Positions 57,201 through 64,000 of a stretch of DNA of 64,000 nucleotides are shown here, piece by piece. A model generated the notes under the pieces. It was not told where the DNA came from and ran no database searches. It was given only the letters and a program-made list of their open reading frames with translations. A program made the position numbers and the translations under genes. Source of the DNA: a virus (lineage: Duplodnaviria; Caudoviricetes); the IMG/VR virus record IMGVR_UViG_3300037851_000141, positions 32,001 to 96,000 of that record; one strand, 5' to 3'. Every line of letters starts with the position of its first letter. Position 1 is the first letter of the stretch.

Positions 57201-58357
57201 TATTGTAATCTTAATGCAAAGCTAAATCCTTTTTGTCGTTGTAACATGTAAAAACAACAATTGCTTATAGTAGACCCATCAGCATAATTTATTGTTAAGT
57301 GTCCTAATGGTGATGTGTTTGTGTTTCCTAATCCAGATATTACACGACAACATGTATATAGTTTATTAATATACGCTCCAGTTATTTGTTGCCAAGTTTT
57401 AAGATTTGGAGTCATCACACCAACATCTTGAGTTAACCAACCAGATGAATAATAAGGCCAACGAATGCCAGCAGTAATGGCAACGTTGTCTATATTTAAG
57501 TCGTAACACTCCGTAATGTCAGGGTGCATTCCCAAACAACAATTTGTTAATGATATCGTCTGTGCTTGGCCGCCAGCAATATATGAATAACTGAAATTAC
57601 ATTTATCAGCTATAAGTTTTCCACCGCCAGACATCAAAAATGATGCGTTTCTGGTTGATGTACCATCCTGAAATGTTGTTCTTGATGATTCATCAGTTAT
57701 AACAACGTTGGGAACTCTTACTTTAGCGCCAGTTGGAATAATTTTACCATTTATTCCATTTCCAAAGGTTATAGTTGTTGTAAATAAAACAGTATTACTA
57801 CCAGTTTGAGTTGCTGATATTGCTGGCGTTGCCATCTGAACAAAGAATCGACCTCTATCATCAGCCGGTACACCAGTTAAATCTGGATATTGGCCATACC
57901 ACGCAGCATCATGAGTTTGAGCCAAATTTATCCAAGGTACAAACTCATTAGATCCTGAAGCGGTTTCTACGAATACAGCCGCAGTGTAATCAGCATAAGG
58001 TAACGTCATTTGTTGGCCAGATGTACCATCGCTCGTTCCAACATCAATCCAATTTCCTTGAACTTCGAATGTAGCCAATCCGTTAGTTAATTGAATAGTT
58101 CTATTTGATAATGTACCAGCTATTTGTTTAACTGTGAATCTAACTGGAGTAGTCGTACTTGTATTTTGTATTAATAATTTTCCATTGTTAATTGTAATTG
58201 GCGCAGTTGTGCTACCGTTTGTACCCCAAGATTTTGTCTGATTGGTATTTACTGTTACTGTAGCACCATTATTAATAACTAAGTTGTCGCCAGTTACCCA
58301 GGCACCGCCGGCAATATCATCAACGTTTGTATCAACAGTAATAGTTCTTGTGGTCAT
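54284..58357 (-). CDS. Large multidomain virion appendage protein (beta-helix-like, FN3-like and CBM-like parts; 1357 aa)
   Basis: QVVLRWP...RYEIYRST...NGTTYYYTLR (FN3-like); TNLCLQSADFSNASWTK (CBM-like start); ends DRQYNNPA. Confidence 0.75.
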   Translation of the reverse strand: MTTRTITVDTNVDDIAGGAWVTGDNLVINNGATVTVNTNQTKSWGTNGSTTAPITINNGKLLIQNTSTTTPVRFTVKQIAGTLSNRTIQLTNGLATFEVQGNWIDVGTSDGTSGQQMTLPYADYTAAVFVETASGSNEFVPWINLAQTHDAAWYGQYPDLTGVPADDRGRFFVQMATPAISATQTGSNTVLFTTTITFGNGINGKIIPTGAKVRVPNVVITDESSRTTFQDGTSTRNASFLMSGGGKLIADKCNFSYSYIAGGQAQTISLTNCCLGMHPDITECYDLNIDNVAITAGIRWPYYSSGWLTQDVGVMTPNLKTWQQITGAYINKLYTCCRVISGLGNTNTSPLGHLTINYADGSTISNCCFYMLQRQKGFSFALRLQYTSNATLSNNSFFGAGLCFTACSNNAVTGTRWSSNIGNYGNFSNGVSSSLIYITHDPSTGDRLVNGTQYYIKTVHKRASHELGWDEFQHGYQIGRTYSATPYSGDTNHPYWFGATPNNNQVVLRWPRREPAATSGTRYEIYRSTTYGVSGTIPTGGTITTLQGAAISNTDVYMELLNDTTASNGTTYYYTLRKYDSAGVYTDSAQQEATPTATNSITNLCLQSADFSNASWTKNSVTVTTNAARGPLGNAWSSTTHDADTLTPTSADSSVTQAFTTTAGNTYTFSIYMWVSGSGATTTNPQFDINIRCEDNGSSPQTVTQSCTLTRAIKRYSCTITTSSGSTTTTVRIGGASSFSTGKVIRVGDPQFVLGSSAGPLAGQTSTTSLTATETELSNNTTAGSTANHGGISAVSFNGGRQIKCQIAANPSNTGSTAYTELHVSTDKNFIPSFRTMVWNNFTQTATAEAGAYALRLDTGSNNNTVTTWTQYGFGGMTEFPLFISASASNRFIGFTLNVAGGSRGVLAIDTSTTSNNTFLHNFDFDNLPIYPRVVNATFLPYSTANNSGEVILQNIRSNTGGIWPLSTQWLNVIKKGVFGGFLLPLMNTTSVLIDPTSNNTITVDNNYTTVYDNIFYELYETETTGNLLLLMNASSKDDKPYTLSTTNPPIFQNDGTILFPVAGSYIEWEWPHLIKGVSGFRSANTGLTTGTTVYLGGAPVAGPLGDTTSNDSIKRLGCIKIEYALDTGSGYGSYKILNSTNLLAETVSASTGFRIKIKMTAMQTIPFTGQSTAFVQGETINGQTSSATAVVDEIVDNGTTGHLWVSSVTGTWAASENIRSGATVRATTVASPNQILPIQNQAANNTRVASLAIFTTVAPSATYAVSQGELTLTDLPIGTEVRIYDESDMSELGGIESTSGTTFTLNYDYTGVTINATIVVFALGYQAFRLTGYELDGSIVSIPISLVIDRQYNNPA

Positions 58358-58404
58358 TAAATCTCCTCAGACCATTAATCATTATTATACATCAATATCA
58401 TCCA

Positions 58405-58412
58405 TATTTATA
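58405..58412 (-). promoter_or_regulatory. T4-type late promoter TATAAATA
   Basis: Perfect match overlapping the upstream stop codon. Confidence 0.8.
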
Positions 58413-60015
58413 CGATTGTTATTCCGATTAGATTATCATTTCCGTCATATGTAAATGATTTAGATTGATATCGTCCAGAACCAGAAATACTTACTAATAA
58501 ACCATTTATGTTATATGAAAAAGATTTAGCACCATATTCATCAACTAAATATATTAAATTATTGCTTCCATCATATGTTAATGTTTTATCTCGACCGTGA
58601 ACCTGAACTACAACTGGATCTGGATAATTACCATCAAGATCGCCGCCGGCAGCACCAGATATTCCGTTAATAGATGATATATTCTTATTTATCCATTTTA
58701 TTCCATCATAGAAAAGAACTTCGCCTGAAACTGGAGTAGTTAAAACAACATCAATAAGACCATCAAGAGTAGACGACCCGCCACCAGTTATTCCAGTAAT
58801 TTGATCTTGTAAATATCCACTTATACCAGATACTTCGGATTCTGTTATATACGTTGCTTCAATAATATCTAATCTATTATCTAAACTTGATGAAATTGAC
58901 GCAACATCAACATAAGTTATATAGTTTCCAGACACACTGACTGTAAAAGTTTGAGTTGGAGATTGAACTACACTAATACCACTTCCACCACGAACAACAG
59001 TATTTTCACTTGTTATTCCGTTTATTCTATTATTGAGATATCCACTAACAGCAGCAGTTTCAGTACGAAGAGTATATGCTGATAAAGGTATCGTATTTAT
59101 CTGGTTTTGTAAATATGCGCTAATACCTGATACTGTTGAGTTTGTAGCATAATTTCCAGTAATATTAAGCGTAAATGTGTTTGTTGGTGATTCAATAACA
59201 CTAATGCCACTTCCACCAATTATATTATCAACTTTATTGTTTATTTGACTCTGTAAATACGCACTAATATCAGCAACTTGAGATGATGATGTATATGTTG
59301 TTGAATCTGTAGCAAGAATATAGTTAAGTTTATATCCACTAACCGCCGGTACGCTTGATAAAGAAACCTTGAAACTCGTATTACCTATTTCAGATATTCC
59401 AGTTACAAAAAGCGTATCTCCACTAATCGGAATCACAAGAGAAACAACCGGAACAGAATTGTCTAAATAACTATGCGTAATTGTATAAGTTTGATCAATT
59501 GTATTTAAGTCAATAGATCCGTTAAGAGAAAATGCTAAAGTCGAGTTTATCCATTTACTTGTCGATGAATCATATACCAAAAATTGACCATCTACAGGCG
59601 AAGAAATGTTAACATCATTCAGATCCACTAAATTTGTCGTTAACTCACCGGAAACAGAAATCGTATATGTATTGTCTGGAGACTCAACTATAGAAACATT
59701 AGACCCAGCTATTAATGTTATGTTCGAGCCGCCACCACTTGTTAAATCCGAAACCGAAATACCACTATCAATTATCTTTCCACAAGTATCTACAGTTAAT
59801 ACATTACCAGCAGAAATACCAGTGACATAAAGATTATTGAATATCTTATCACCTTCAATAATCTGAGTAACATCTGAAGACGAAACATAAGTATTAGATA
59901 TTTCTTTTACATTTTTAGCCAATACCTTAAAATTATAGGTATTTATCTTATCTTTTGGATCAGTTGGGGGAGTGCCTGAAAGCTTTATCCCCTTATATGG
60001 CTTTATTCCTGACAT
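58408..60015 (-). CDS. Fibre/appendage protein (535 aa)
   Basis: Three linkers; LxDLxDVxI.SP..GQxLxY motifs; C-terminal TLTYDGSNNL/SFTYDGNDNL repeats. Confidence 0.75.
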   Translation of the reverse strand: MSGIKPYKGIKLSGTPPTDPKDKINTYNFKVLAKNVKEISNTYVSSSDVTQIIEGDKIFNNLYVTGISAGNVLTVDTCGKIIDSGISVSDLTSGGGSNITLIAGSNVSIVESPDNTYTISVSGELTTNLVDLNDVNISSPVDGQFLVYDSSTSKWINSTLAFSLNGSIDLNTIDQTYTITHSYLDNSVPVVSLVIPISGDTLFVTGISEIGNTSFKVSLSSVPAVSGYKLNYILATDSTTYTSSSQVADISAYLQSQINNKVDNIIGGSGISVIESPTNTFTLNITGNYATNSTVSGISAYLQNQINTIPLSAYTLRTETAAVSGYLNNRINGITSENTVVRGGSGISVVQSPTQTFTVSVSGNYITYVDVASISSSLDNRLDIIEATYITESEVSGISGYLQDQITGITGGGSSTLDGLIDVVLTTPVSGEVLFYDGIKWINKNISSINGISGAAGGDLDGNYPDPVVVQVHGRDKTLTYDGSNNLIYLVDEYGAKSFSYNINGLLVSISGSGRYQSKSFTYDGNDNLIGITIV

Positions 60016-60020
60016 TTAGA

Positions 60021-60060
60021 TGATGAACCTCTTGAATCTTGTCGTTCATCACTATTTATA
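60021..60060 (-). promoter_or_regulatory. Late promoter (60053-60060) followed by an 8-bp hairpin next to the start codon
   Basis: TATAAATA-G-TGATGAAC-N15-GTTCATCA-TCTAA-ATG. Confidence 0.65.
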
Positions 60061-60065
60061 CGTTT

Positions 60066-60587
60066 TTAGATGCGACCTAATGCTTTCTTGATAAGTCGAA
60101 TCATCTCCCACTTTTTCTTTTTGGGTGCCATTTTCTCAACTTCTGCCATATTTATCTGTAATACCCGGCAAGCAGTCTCAAGATCATTATTCGTTATCTT
60201 TACCCAATTAACACTATCAGGATCAAATGGCAACCCAAGCGCACTAACATCATCTACCATCTTAGCTTCAACAATAACTTCTTCCTTCTTCTCTGGAACT
60301 AAATCCTGCGGCTGACTACGATACTTCTCAGCTAATGATTCTTGATTCCTTATATCTTGCTGGATCTGCTTATCTTGTGTTAAAAACTGCCCACGATTGT
60401 CCTGAGTATATACGTTAACTTTGTTAAAATCAAATGGAACTGGACGTAAAAAACTAAAACTCTTAAGATATTCTACTGGACCATCTATAGTCATTCCAGG
60501 TTCAAGTTTAATAGCAGGATTCCCAGGCAACCAAAATAATCTAAAATGTACAGGGAAATCCATCGTGTTGAAAAATCTTCCGTTCAT
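60066..60587 (-). CDS. Hypothetical protein with possible C-terminal HeH/LEM-like helical domain (173 aa)
   Basis: NWVKITNNDLETACRVLQI...KKWEMIRLIK; located downstream of the MCP. Confidence 0.7.
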   Translation of the reverse strand: MNGRFFNTMDFPVHFRLFWLPGNPAIKLEPGMTIDGPVEYLKSFSFLRPVPFDFNKVNVYTQDNRGQFLTQDKQIQQDIRNQESLAEKYRSQPQDLVPEKKEEVIVEAKMVDDVSALGLPFDPDSVNWVKITNNDLETACRVLQINMAEVEKMAPKKKKWEMIRLIKKALGRI

Positions 60588-60638
60588 AATATAACTCCTA
60601 AATTCGGTAAGTTATATTATATCAGAAAATATAAAATT

Positions 60639-62405
60639 TTAGCAAATCAGTTCCCATTTTTTATATCCACAGTCCCAAAGTCTGTAGAGTTGGTGTTTGT
60701 CTGCTATTTGATGTTCGGATTCTTGAGAAATACCAAACATCTTATATAGTCTTTTTTTATTGAAGGTAAATCTATGTCTACGCTTCCAACCAGTTATATT
60801 ACCTACATATGAATATCTTACTGGAATATCTGACTTAAAGGTAAATCCATTTTTATCATATACTTCTCCATTACTCCATCTATTGTCACTATATGAAAAT
60901 AATGATGAATTTGGGTGTGTATCTCTAAACCTTTTTAATAATCTACTAAATGCTCCAACGACATTATGGTTAATAAGATTACAAAAACGATTAAGTTCCC
61001 AATCACCTTTTCTCGACTCAATTCCAACTTTAAATGTCATTAACGAGACTATCTTATTTTCGTGTATTAGAGCGTAAGCAATATCAGTTTTTCTATCAGC
61101 GCCTTGAATATGGTTTAGCTTACAAAAATTATCTGCTTCGACTTTATTTATTTCAACAATCGTACAGTCTTTTGCGTATATTTTATTTTCAGTTTGTCCA
61201 AGATAGTTTTTAATACGAGATTTACATATTTCTTGTTTATCTATCCATTCATCCTCAAAAATAGTAATAAGTTTGATGCCCAATTCTAAACACTTCTTAT
61301 ACTTGTTATAGTGATATTTACGATCTGTTATATATTTTTCACAATGCCAAACATTACCACAGAATTCAATAGCCAATTTTCGTTCATCAATGTAAATATC
61401 AAGTTCGTGCGGCGTTATTATTTTTTTATTATTTTGTTCTATTTTTTCAACTGGATATATGCTGCTAATAAAATCATATATTTCATTTTCGGTTTGTCTT
61501 TTTGTGGATTTATAACATTTAGGACAAGTCAGTTTATAGTATTTTCCAGTTATTTGATGCCAGTTATATTCGAATTCATATCCACACTCATTACATTTAA
61601 GTTCAATTGGAGTATCACAGTCAACGTAAACTTGGTCTGGATTTGTTGGATATATGTTATTTTCTTTACAAATATCTTTTATTTTTTCATATATTCTGGT
61701 TTTATTAATAATATTACGGCAACCTTGACACTTATCTAAATTTCTAACTAAGGTTTCTTTTTCATATCCACAATCAAGACATATAAACTTAGATTTACTT
61801 CTCGTTCCATTGAATTCTACTATATGCCAATTACCTTGACTCTTTATATGTTCAATTGATACTGTTGTGATTTCTTTATTGAAAATTGGTTCTTTTATTT
61901 GTATATTTTTATGATTTTTATATTTAATGTTATTTATTATTTGTTCGTATTCTTGTTCAGTTTTTATTCCTAACTTCAGTTTATTACATTCATCACAAAC
62001 AAATTGAGGTTTATTTAATGACCAATGATTGAGTGCTTTTATTGTATGATTATGTCCATTTTTACATATGAACGTTATTTGATCTGTCCACTTATTATAA
62101 TATTCTTGTTTCGGTTCAAAATCAAGATTATATTGTTTGGCGTATTCCTCAATTTCTGTTTTTGGAAGCCCCATTTCTTTATATTTTGTTTCTTTATGAC
62201 AGTGAGGACAAGAACTTATATCTTTTCTACCAGTCTTTATTTGTGATATTGATGCTTTATATGTGTGGGTTGAATTTTTTGGACAAATGATAGTAATTGG
62301 AGTATTTGTGTTGAATGTTGCCTCATCTGGTTGTATAATATTTAGACCTTTTGATAAGAAATATTCATTTAGCAACTCTGACATTTTTGGTTTCGGCCGA
62401 GGCAT
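60639..62405 (-). CDS. Hef-like homing endonuclease with multiple Zn-binding modules (588 aa)
   Basis: Several CxxC/HxC modules; ELDIYIDERKLAIEFCGNVWH; IFEDEW; NHIQG; WELNRFC; SYSDNRWSNG; YRLWDCG. Confidence 0.8.
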   Translation of the reverse strand: MPRPKPKMSELLNEYFLSKGLNIIQPDEATFNTNTPITIICPKNSTHTYKASISQIKTGRKDISSCPHCHKETKYKEMGLPKTEIEEYAKQYNLDFEPKQEYYNKWTDQITFICKNGHNHTIKALNHWSLNKPQFVCDECNKLKLGIKTEQEYEQIINNIKYKNHKNIQIKEPIFNKEITTVSIEHIKSQGNWHIVEFNGTRSKSKFICLDCGYEKETLVRNLDKCQGCRNIINKTRIYEKIKDICKENNIYPTNPDQVYVDCDTPIELKCNECGYEFEYNWHQITGKYYKLTCPKCYKSTKRQTENEIYDFISSIYPVEKIEQNNKKIITPHELDIYIDERKLAIEFCGNVWHCEKYITDRKYHYNKYKKCLELGIKLITIFEDEWIDKQEICKSRIKNYLGQTENKIYAKDCTIVEINKVEADNFCKLNHIQGADRKTDIAYALIHENKIVSLMTFKVGIESRKGDWELNRFCNLINHNVVGAFSRLLKRFRDTHPNSSLFSYSDNRWSNGEVYDKNGFTFKSDIPVRYSYVGNITGWKRRHRFTFNKKRLYKMFGISQESEHQIADKHQLYRLWDCGYKKWELIC

Positions 62406-62501
62406 AAACTAACGCTCACTTTCGTATATTTTATTCTAATAAACTATTTTTCAATGTCAATAAAAATATTTATCTTATTTATTATATAGTTAGTTGATGA
62501 T

Positions 62502-62539
62502 AAAAACAAAAGAGAGGGGATTTTTGGTCCCCTCTCTTT
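62502..62539 (-). terminator. Rho-independent terminator after the MCP gene
   Basis: 12-bp stem AAAGAGAGGGGA/TCCCCTCTCTTT, followed by a T-rich tract on the minus strand. Confidence 0.9.
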
Positions 62540-62565
62540 AACAATATCACTATATCAAGACTTTA

Positions 62566-63924
62566 TCAGCGTGAACCAGCAAGGGCTGAGTTCTGGAGGT
62601 TGACAATCTTGATGAAACGGTAGTAGTTTTCGGCCCCGAACAGGTTATCACAGATACCGTATCTGGTCATTACACCAATGACAGGTTGGAATGATTCAAC
62701 CTGAGTTGTACGGCTGAAGAGAACAGGAACGTATGGGCAGTAGATAATACCTGCGTCATTGTCCTTTGGTCCCTTATAGCCAACAACAGCGTAGTCTTCA
62801 GAGGCAAAGCTGTCACGATAGATGGTGAAGCGGCCCAGAGTACCAACCTTAGCAACACCTGATACTTCAGTATTCAGTGAAGCTGAAACTGGAGACATGA
62901 GGAAGTTGTCAAGAGATTCAAGAGCAGCAACAACACCTGGGGAAGCGATAACGAAGTTACCGGCACCACGACGAGTGGCAACAGCAATTTCATTTGAGGC
63001 TTTCAAGAGAATGGTGTACAGAGTACGGAACTTCTCTTGTTCCCAACGGCCATCAGCAGTACCATTAGCATCGCCAACTGTACCATAGTTCCAAACAAGT
63101 ACGCCACCTTGAACAGCACGATAGATGATACGGTTCTTGATTTCGAGGTCGATTTCAGCAGCAATCTCATAGGCGAGAAGGTCTGTGAGTTCGTCTTCTA
63201 CGTCAACATTGTGCATGTTGGCAAGGTCTTGTTGGGCTTCAAGAGTCCAGCGAGCCTTGAGCTTACGGGTATTAGCAGTAATCTCTTTCTTTTCAATGGT
63301 TAAGCCCATTTCGCGGATGGTATCAGTTTCGCCACCGCAAACTTTACCATTGGTGTCAAGACGTTCGCCAAACGCAGTTGGATAAGCATTTGAGCCTTGA
63401 GCAATACCAGTACCAGTTACGTCAGCAATGGTTCCACCAGTTCCAATGTTCTCATGGTTGCCATATTGACCAATAGCAGCATTTGAAGTAATTGAAGTAG
63501 CAGTAGCATCGATTGAGCCTGAGTAAGCTGGGTAAACGGTGTTGTAGCCAGCTTCGGTACCAGCAACAGCGCCAGATTGATAACGATAACGGAGAGCATA
63601 AGCCAAGCCTACTGGAGTAAACATTGGTTGTACGCCTACGAGGTCGTTGGTGATAAGTTCAGGGAATACGCGGGCAACGAGAGGCATTGCGATTCCCATG
63701 TACTTAGCGACACCTTGTTGGCCGTTGATGGCTTGGTTTACAGTACCATCGGTGCAGCCAAGGCCAGCTTCAGAAGCGGTGCCTGATTCGTTAAGAACTT
63801 CACGGGCGAAGTATTGTTCTTCGTTTTCGAGCAATTTAGCAGTTATGATCTGCTTACGTTCACTCTTGATGTGCTTGATCATAGGATCCCATTTCTCAAG
63901 CAGCATTTCGGTGTTATTCTTCAT
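62566..63924 (-). CDS. gp23: Major capsid protein
   Basis: LLEKWDPMI...PLVARVFPELITNDLVGVQPM...ANTRKLKARWTLEAQQDL...LAYEIAAEIDLEI...RRGAGNFVIASP...YCPYVP...PVIGVMTRYG. Confidence 0.98.
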   Translation of the reverse strand: MKNNTEMLLEKWDPMIKHIKSERKQIITAKLLENEEQYFAREVLNESGTASEAGLGCTDGTVNQAINGQQGVAKYMGIAMPLVARVFPELITNDLVGVQPMFTPVGLAYALRYRYQSGAVAGTEAGYNTVYPAYSGSIDATATSITSNAAIGQYGNHENIGTGGTIADVTGTGIAQGSNAYPTAFGERLDTNGKVCGGETDTIREMGLTIEKKEITANTRKLKARWTLEAQQDLANMHNVDVEDELTDLLAYEIAAEIDLEIKNRIIYRAVQGGVLVWNYGTVGDANGTADGRWEQEKFRTLYTILLKASNEIAVATRRGAGNFVIASPGVVAALESLDNFLMSPVSASLNTEVSGVAKVGTLGRFTIYRDSFASEDYAVVGYKGPKDNDAGIIYCPYVPVLFSRTTQVESFQPVIGVMTRYGICDNLFGAENYYRFIKIVNLQNSALAGSR

Positions 63925-64000
63925 GGTTTTTTCTCCTTTTATGAGGTTATTTTATAAACAGGTATCAGCCTTTAGCATAAGTTGGCTGAATTTTGGAAGC

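Noticed and set aside
33314-60015. DGR or invertase shufflon acting on the fibre genes
   Set aside because: No reverse transcriptase, no TR/VR pair with adenine-specific differences, and no recombinase or inverted crossover sites were seen in the window.
60042-60051. TGATGAACGA 10-mer shared with the tnpB left flank (6432-6441)
   Set aside because: A single 10-mer match in AT-rich 64 kb is compatible with chance, and no guide-like sequence follows it.
246-63786. The many short opposite-strand or nested ORFs in the six-frame track
   Set aside because: They are shadows of long, recognisable genes, with no RBS or promoter support and no motifs.
1-64000. Stop-codon recoding (alternative genetic code)
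   Set aside because: Core genes are full length in the standard code, and TAG and TGA both end real genes (e.g. 6016, 27867, 7834).
63925-64000. 3' end of a scaffold (gp22-like) gene upstream of the MCP
   Set aside because: Only ~75 nt are visible and the frame cannot be determined; TATAAAATA there is not a perfect late promoter.
1-64000. tRNA, rRNA or large ncRNA genes
   Set aside because: Intergenic gaps are short (up to ~160 nt) and explained by promoters, terminators or IS ends; no cloverleaf was seen.

Overview
This window is the virion-morphogenesis (late) cluster of a large, AT-rich T4-like myovirus. Nearly all genes are on the minus strand. Reading right to left: major capsid gp23, about 27 kb of fibre/appendage genes, neck gp13/gp14, gp15, small and large terminase, sheath gp18, tube gp19, gp26-like and gp51-like chaperones, two tape-measure-like genes, gp48-like, gp53, gp27-like hub, gp3, and gp5 (which runs off the left edge). 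At least 16 perfect T4-type late promoters (TATAAATA) were found by eye. Main unusual features: (1) The large terminase is fractured by an atypically split intein (38-aa IntN, 123-aa IntC) inside Walker A. A C2H2-zinc-finger homing endonuclease lies between the halves, and a second cis mini-intein sits further along. (2) A correctly phased U-UUU-UUU slippery site would fuse the gp26-like and gp51-like ORFs by -1 frameshift, as in lambda G/GT. (3) A solo tnpB IS200/IS605 element carries a phage late promoter and sits in a small gene whose empty site can be rebuilt in frame. (4) Two paralogous tape-measure-like genes lie next to a gp48-like protein fused to a ~780-aa coiled coil. (5) A shared linker recurs 15 times across five fibre genes, alongside GC-rich swapped cassettes. 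(6) Candidate head-packaged effectors are present, including an HExxH metalloprotease. All family assignments come from motif recognition by eye, not from database searches.
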